NCBI GenBank assembly: GCA_025454955.1
Contig: JALONL010000026.1
Location: 24 to 64,023, forward strand
DNA from: Bacteroidia bacterium
Lineage (GTDB): Bacteria; Bacteroidota; Bacteroidia; Palsa-965
Direction: 5' to 3'
Length of the DNA stretch: 64,000 nt
The notes below the pieces were generated by a model. The model was not told the DNA's origin. It ran no database searches and saw only the letters and a list, made by a program, of their open reading frames with translations. Position 1 is the first letter of the stretch; every line of letters begins with the position of its first letter. A program made the translations under genes and the position numbers. Positions 58,767 to 64,000 of this stretch are shown piece by piece.

Positions 58767-59171
58767 ATGACACTCCGTGAACGCAACCTGCTAACCGAAT
58801 GCACATTCCGCGCTACCCGTTCGGGCGGTAAGGGCGGGCAGCATGTAAACAAAGTTTCCTCGCGCATGGAACTCACGTTCGACATTGCTGCTTCGCAACT
58901 GCTGAGCGACGAAGAAAAGCTGCGTTTACAGGAAAAACTGGCCACCAAACTCACCACCGAAGGCATTCTGCGCCTCACCGAAGACAGCGACCGTTCGCAG
59001 CACGAAAACAAGGAGCGAATAGGCAAAAAATTCTACCGCCTGCTCGAAGCCGCATTGAAGCCCGAAAAAAAGCGGCTTAAAACCAAGTTGCCCAAAGCCG
59101 TAAAGGCAAAACGCCTCGAAGAGAAAGCCAAACGCTCGGAAGTAAAGGCATTGCGGCGGGAAAAATTGTAA
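58767..59171 (+). CDS. arfB: Alternative ribosome-rescue peptidyl-tRNA hydrolase ArfB
   Basis: RSGGKGGQHVNKVSS, RSQHEN and a basic C-terminal tail. TACCTTTG promoter box at 58753. Confidence 0.93.
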   Translation: MTLRERNLLTECTFRATRSGGKGGQHVNKVSSRMELTFDIAASQLLSDEEKLRLQEKLATKLTTEGILRLTEDSDRSQHENKERIGKKFYRLLEAALKPEKKRLKTKLPKAVKAKRLEEKAKRSEVKALRREKL

Positions 59172-59186
59172 CCTTCATGTATAACA

Positions 59187-59230
59187 AAAAGAGAAGCTGC
59201 TTCCAAAACAGAAACAGCTTCTCGCTTTTT
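59187..59230. terminator. Bidirectional terminator
   Basis: GAGAAGCTG / CAGCTTCTC stem with A- and T-runs between convergent genes. Confidence 0.65.
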
Positions 59231-59292
59231 AAAGACAATTACGACTTAATATTGAGGCAGTTTATATCTCAACACAAAATCTGAACCGGCTC

Positions 59293-60894
59293 TTATTCTT
59301 TTACAAATTTCAGCCGCCCGGCCACACCTTTGCAGGTGTATTCGGCAATATATACTCCTTCGGCCAGGGTGCTTACATCCACATTCATTACGGTGCCGTA
59401 ACCAGCAAATTCTTTCACCACCTGTCCGTTTAATGAAACAATTCTGAGCATTACTTCACTTTCGGCTCCCTCGGGAATATTCAATGTAAGCATATCCTTT
59501 ACCGGATTGGTAAGCAGGGTGGCTGCCAGCCCGGTTTCTGCAGGTGCAGCAAGGCGGTATTCCACATCGCCGCCCCAGTTGCAACCGGCATCAAATGTTA
59601 TTTCCCGGATATACTCTACTCCAAGTCCGCACTGATTGCCCACAGCCACCGAAATACGGTTTACCGTCTGCGTGTTGAGAATGCGTATTGGCTGCGAAGG
59701 GCCGCCTGCCGGGTTTACAACAACCAGAGGTCCGCCATTGGAACTGGGGCCATCATAATATCCCCACCGGTAGTATAAGTACTGATAAGGTGTGTTGGAT
59801 TGATAGGTGACATTGTATCCCATAGGTATGCAGGTTGATCCCGGCACGGCTATTACAGGTTCGGGCCAGCTTGTTTGCGGAGTACCTGATTCCATTTGTG
59901 ATTGTCCGAGAATATCAAAAGTGTTATATGTATAATTGAGCGGGCAGGAGGCACCTCCGTTTATCGTAAAACTAAGACTTCCCGTACCTCCCGTACCTGC
60001 CACAATTTGCGTACTTGCCGAGGTGGGCGAAGTAATTGTACCAATTTGTGTGGATGAAATTTCCCAGAGGTAATTTGTAAACGGAGCCGGAATATTGGAG
60101 GCTGTATATGTGGCCGTGCTGCACAAGGGCGTAGCACCTGTAAAAGTAAGTGCAGGACGCGGACGCGAAATGGTAAGAATGCGAGGTGCTCCTGTTTTTA
60201 ATACCAGCTGAGGTGTGGCGCAGGCATTCACTGCGCGTATCCTGATCTGACCACCATTGCCCGAGGCCAGATCTGACTGTATATCTACATTATTATTTCG
60301 TCTTATCCAGGTTACTCCGTCAGACGTAATATTATCTACTTTCCATCCCGCAGGTATCAGATACTCATAATTTGAAACCGAACCAAATACAGCCGCAGGA
60401 GAACTGGATGTATTCAGATAGGTTACCTGAGGAAAAGTAATGTTAAATGTGCTAATCTGACAAGGAGCCACCTGTATGGGCGAAGTAACAGACGGATTGG
60501 GAATTGTCTGAAGATTCCCCACATCCAGCGAACGGATACGGTTATAATCAAAAGTGGCAAGTGTGGTGCCCAGTCTGGTGTTTCGAATAATAAAACGTTG
60601 CGTTCTGTTCAAATCCTGAAATCTTCCGGTAAATGAAAAAGAAGTCTGGTTTGTGTTTTGATTGAACAAAAAATTATATGTCCCCGAAGTAGCTATTGCG
60701 GGTGCAATAAGTCCACTGGCCGATCCTTCGGCTGCAATATCGTTTGCACTTGCAAGAACGTTACCACTCAGGGTAACGGTAAATGTATAGGTTGTGGCCG
60801 GGCAATATTCACTGCTTGTAACCGGTGTAATTGATTGTGCGTATCCCGTACTGCACAAGGCAAGTCCTGCCAGAAGAAATAAACTGATTTTCAT
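59293..60894 (-). CDS. T9SS type A cargo protein with Ig/PKD-like domains
   Basis: Signal peptide, IRAVNAC and VAVGNQCG motifs, C-terminal NPVKD...GVYI...KFVKE. Confidence 0.8.
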   Translation of the reverse strand: MKISLFLLAGLALCSTGYAQSITPVTSSEYCPATTYTFTVTLSGNVLASANDIAAEGSASGLIAPAIATSGTYNFLFNQNTNQTSFSFTGRFQDLNRTQRFIIRNTRLGTTLATFDYNRIRSLDVGNLQTIPNPSVTSPIQVAPCQISTFNITFPQVTYLNTSSSPAAVFGSVSNYEYLIPAGWKVDNITSDGVTWIRRNNNVDIQSDLASGNGGQIRIRAVNACATPQLVLKTGAPRILTISRPRPALTFTGATPLCSTATYTASNIPAPFTNYLWEISSTQIGTITSPTSASTQIVAGTGGTGSLSFTINGGASCPLNYTYNTFDILGQSQMESGTPQTSWPEPVIAVPGSTCIPMGYNVTYQSNTPYQYLYYRWGYYDGPSSNGGPLVVVNPAGGPSQPIRILNTQTVNRISVAVGNQCGLGVEYIREITFDAGCNWGGDVEYRLAAPAETGLAATLLTNPVKDMLTLNIPEGAESEVMLRIVSLNGQVVKEFAGYGTVMNVDVSTLAEGVYIAEYTCKGVAGRLKFVKE

Positions 60895-61290
60895 GTGTTC
60901 GATTTTTTAGTTTGCGCATTGCAGCTAAAAGTGTATTTAACTGCACTTATTTTTTTGAAGAAAGCTTTCTACAATGCGCAAGTTATTCCGATGCACTATT
61001 AATAAATACTAATAAGTATTATTTAGGGATAGTTAATATTAATTAACTCCAAAATTAAAATATCAAAATTATGTTAATTTTTTCTTTCGGTTTGGTTATG
61101 TTCACTTTCCCTCATCCTGTCCTGATGAACTCATCCCAAATCCCCGAAAACGAATTTTAAACAGCTTCTTACTTGATGCCCGCCATAGAAAAATACCCGG
61201 GGAAAAATCCCGAAAACCAATTTGAAGACAAGTACTGATGCAGCCATTATTCATTCGCAATGCCTCACCATTTCCCTTATATTTAGCTTT

Positions 61291-62907
61291 GTGAATTTAC
61301 ACATACTCCTCCCCGCACTGTTGCTTACCGGTTCTCTCACTGCTCAAATCCCGTCTATTGATTGGTCATACCACACCGGAGCACCTGCCTTTGGATCGGC
61401 AGCGGCAGCCGATCTGGATGGTGACGGATTTTACGAAATCGTTTTTACCACCTACACCAACGATGGCAGGGCGCATTGCCTCAATGCCGAAGACGGATCA
61501 GTAAAATGGATTTACGACATTGGCGGATGCGGCGATGTGGCGCCGTTGATTTATGATGCAGATAACGATGATACACTTGATGTAATTATCAACGGATCCT
61601 GCAATCCCACTTTATTTTGCATCAACGGAGCTACCGGGCAATTGATATGGAGCGTTCCATCGGGAGGCGGAGATTCGCCGCCCACAGTGGCCAATATTGA
61701 TGCGGATACTTTTCCGGAATTTTTCTTCTGCAATTTCAATGGGCAGCTGCGAATTGTAAATGGCGAAAACGGCTCGGTAAACAAAACAATACAGGTTGAT
61801 CCCAATGGCTCTCCCATTCAAACCGAACCGTCTTTGGTTGACGTGAATGCCGACGGACGATTGGACATCATCATGGCCAGCCACTTCAACCTGAGCGGTT
61901 TGTATGTGTGGGCCTATGACTATATTTCTGAAGATACAATCTGGACTAACCTGACCACAGATTCGTCAACCTACAATGCCTATCACAGCGGTGCGGTTGC
62001 CGATGTGGACGGAAACGGAGATCTGGAATATGTAATAGGCTCAAACAATGGTCTGGTACGTGCGCTCAATGTGCAGAACGGTTCGGTATTGTGGTCGAGA
62101 AGTATTCCCAAAAGCTGTATGGCCGCTATATCCATTGCCGATTTGGATGGCGACGGAACACTTGAGGTGGTGGTTACCAATAACGACTGGGTAACATTGG
62201 ATGAGCGGATCTGGGTGCTCGATGGTTTTAATGGCAACACGGAATGGTCGTATGCCACCACATTTTCATCGTTCAGAGGATGCGCAATTGCAGACATCAA
62301 CGGAAATGATACGCTTGATCTTGTAGCCGGGTATTTTATGGGCGATGTGATAGCCGTTGAGCCGTACAACGGATTGCTTTGGAACATGAATTTGCTGCCT
62401 CAGTTCCCGTCCAATCTCCCCTATCTGCTTGTCGATCATGGCCCGCTGGTAGCCGATTTCGATCAGAGCGGCACAATGGATGTTTTTGTGGTGGCCGGTT
62501 ACGGCACATACACACCCGATTCGCTGAACACCGGAAAAGCATTTATGATTGAAGCCGGTTCGGGAAGCTGCCCCGAGTGGCTCATGTTCAGACACGATGT
62601 GTTACGAACGGGCTATCTTCCCCAATCGGAAATTGATTCGGTTTGTATTGCTTCGTCGGTGCCGCAGTTGGCTGCCGGAAACGCCCTGTTTTCGGTATAT
62701 CCGCAGCCTGCCGATGAATTGGTATATGTGGAATGCAGCGCAGGCGCTGCAATTGAAATACTTGATGCCACAGGAAAAGTAGTGATGCGCGCTGTGGCGG
62801 GAACCTCAAAATGGGAATTAAACATCAGTCAGCTTCCGGCGGGTTGCTACATTGTTTCTGTTGCCGATGATGCACGTTTAATGCGGGCGAAATTGATTGT
62901 GGAGTAA
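61291..62907 (+). CDS. FG-GAP/VCBS repeat beta-propeller protein with T9SS sorting domain
   Basis: Repeated ADLDGDG..E.V motifs, W.MFRHD..RTG, C-terminal VYPQPA...KLIVE. Start uncertain. Confidence 0.82.
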   Translation: MNLHILLPALLLTGSLTAQIPSIDWSYHTGAPAFGSAAAADLDGDGFYEIVFTTYTNDGRAHCLNAEDGSVKWIYDIGGCGDVAPLIYDADNDDTLDVIINGSCNPTLFCINGATGQLIWSVPSGGGDSPPTVANIDADTFPEFFFCNFNGQLRIVNGENGSVNKTIQVDPNGSPIQTEPSLVDVNADGRLDIIMASHFNLSGLYVWAYDYISEDTIWTNLTTDSSTYNAYHSGAVADVDGNGDLEYVIGSNNGLVRALNVQNGSVLWSRSIPKSCMAAISIADLDGDGTLEVVVTNNDWVTLDERIWVLDGFNGNTEWSYATTFSSFRGCAIADINGNDTLDLVAGYFMGDVIAVEPYNGLLWNMNLLPQFPSNLPYLLVDHGPLVADFDQSGTMDVFVVAGYGTYTPDSLNTGKAFMIEAGSGSCPEWLMFRHDVLRTGYLPQSEIDSVCIASSVPQLAAGNALFSVYPQPADELVYVECSAGAAIEILDATGKVVMRAVAGTSKWELNISQLPAGCYIVSVADDARLMRAKLIVE

Positions 62908-63087
62908 GGCTGATTGGCGGAAAGTGTTCAAAAAGCGGAATTTATAGCTGCCACACAGAAACAATTGATCCGGGAGCCCGAAAACCCTTTGAGGGAAATT
63001 ACGAATAATGTAAAACCGGTATTGACAAAGGCCCGGTGCAAGGTGTACGTTTGCAAAAGCTGACCCATTTCTAAACTTACTAACCTC

Positions 63088-63273
63088 ATGACCATTCACG
63101 AAGCCCACCAGATCGTACGTGAAGCGCGTATGCTTAAAATTCAGGCGCAACGCATAAACACCGGCCCCGATCGTTTTGCCGTGTCTTTTGGCCGCAACAG
63201 CGAACATTTGTTCAGGCGTTTTGAAGCCGCGCAGAGTTATCTGCTGGCGTGGAAGATTGAGCGGGTGGCGTAG
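63088..63273 (+). CDS. Small hypothetical protein
   Basis: 61-aa ORF filling an intergenic gap. Confidence 0.4.
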   Translation: MTIHEAHQIVREARMLKIQAQRINTGPDRFAVSFGRNSEHLFRRFEAAQSYLLAWKIERVA

Positions 63274-63277
63274 GCTG

Positions 63278-63727
63278 TTACTTCGGGCTGACTCGTAAAG
63301 GAATTTGTATCAATACAGCCACCGGCTGGTTGTGACACAAACCCGGCTTCCATAAAGGCATGGAATCGGGCAGTTGAACCATTGATTTTTCGGTAGCCGT
63401 GTATTTTTCCGGACGTTTATTGCTCATGCGGCCGCTCATCGCCTTTCCGCTTTCATCCACCACAAAAGCCAGATAAAATGTGCTTTGCACCGGATGCTCT
63501 TCCTTTAACCGCACACGGGTTTGCAAAAACTTCATAAGTGCGGCTTCACCGCCCGGAAATTCGGGCATCTGCTCCGTAAACCGGCACACTTTTTTTCCGC
63601 TCAGGCTGTCGAACTGTCCATCGCAACAGCTTTCCGGGGCTGATGTGTAACGCGCAGCGTCTTTTTGGCTGAGAGAAAACAGCGCAAACGGGAAAAAGAA
63701 CAGGAGGTGTATGGCACTTACTCTCAT
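63278..63727 (-). CDS. TonB C-terminal-like protein
   Basis: EQMPEFPGG..AL.KFL, FVVDESG, MPLWKPG...QPV.V. Confidence 0.7.
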   Translation of the reverse strand: MRVSAIHLLFFFPFALFSLSQKDAARYTSAPESCCDGQFDSLSGKKVCRFTEQMPEFPGGEAALMKFLQTRVRLKEEHPVQSTFYLAFVVDESGKAMSGRMSNKRPEKYTATEKSMVQLPDSMPLWKPGLCHNQPVAVLIQIPLRVSPK

Positions 63728-63770
63728 ACGACTATAAACGCTGCGTGTTTGCTAAAAATTATAATGCCTG

Positions 63771-63971
63771 CTAACGTGAATTCGTTTTATCGTTCAGTTC
63801 TTTTTCGATCAAACGGAGTGCTATTTTCAAGGCGCTGATTCGGTTCTGCAACAACGTGCGCTGTGAAGTTCTTCCGGTTATCTTTTCCAGCGATTTCTCG
63901 CACTTGGAAATCAATGAGCTGATCGATTGCGATGCCTGGACTAAATTTTCTTCTGAGAAATTTTCTGGCAT
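63771..63971 (-). CDS. Small helical hypothetical protein
   Basis: SLISKCEK...SQRTLLQNRI.ALKIA two-helix pattern. Confidence 0.55.
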   Translation of the reverse strand: MPENFSEENLVQASQSISSLISKCEKSLEKITGRTSQRTLLQNRISALKIALRLIEKELNDKTNSR

Positions 63972-64000
63972 TGTTCTTTAGTTGAATTCCGGATGAGGAA

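Overview
This is a Bacteroidota chromosomal window, judged by T9SS C-terminal sorting domains and TAnnTTTG promoter boxes. Host genes include recN, sucD, an RNA ligase, four tandem SSB-like genes, an ABC/LytST cluster, two metallo-beta-lactamase-fold hydrolases, a probable sulfonolipid acyltransferase, a DEAD-box helicase and arfB. The main finding is a 25,501-bp AT-richer element at 28751..54251 whose ends can be read directly from the sequence. It has terminal inverted repeats starting CCCAAAATCCGCA and a 5-bp target duplication (GAAGC). Removing it re-forms a perfect intrinsic terminator hairpin. Apart from a nested IS5, its only recognisable recombinase is an IS1380-family DDE transposase, the last gene of a ~13-kb co-oriented cluster. 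By inference, that cluster resembles a tail-less, membrane-containing virus: candidate jelly-roll proteins, a Cys-His-Asp transglutaminase-like protease, recurring adenain-like L-x-G-x-G motifs, annexin-like and peptidoglycan-binding membrane proteins, cell-wall enzymes and a RecA-fold ATPase. The element also carries two XRE regulators, phased direct repeats, structured leaders and T9SS cargo. The transposon boundaries are seen in the sequence; the virus interpretation needs structural and experimental testing.
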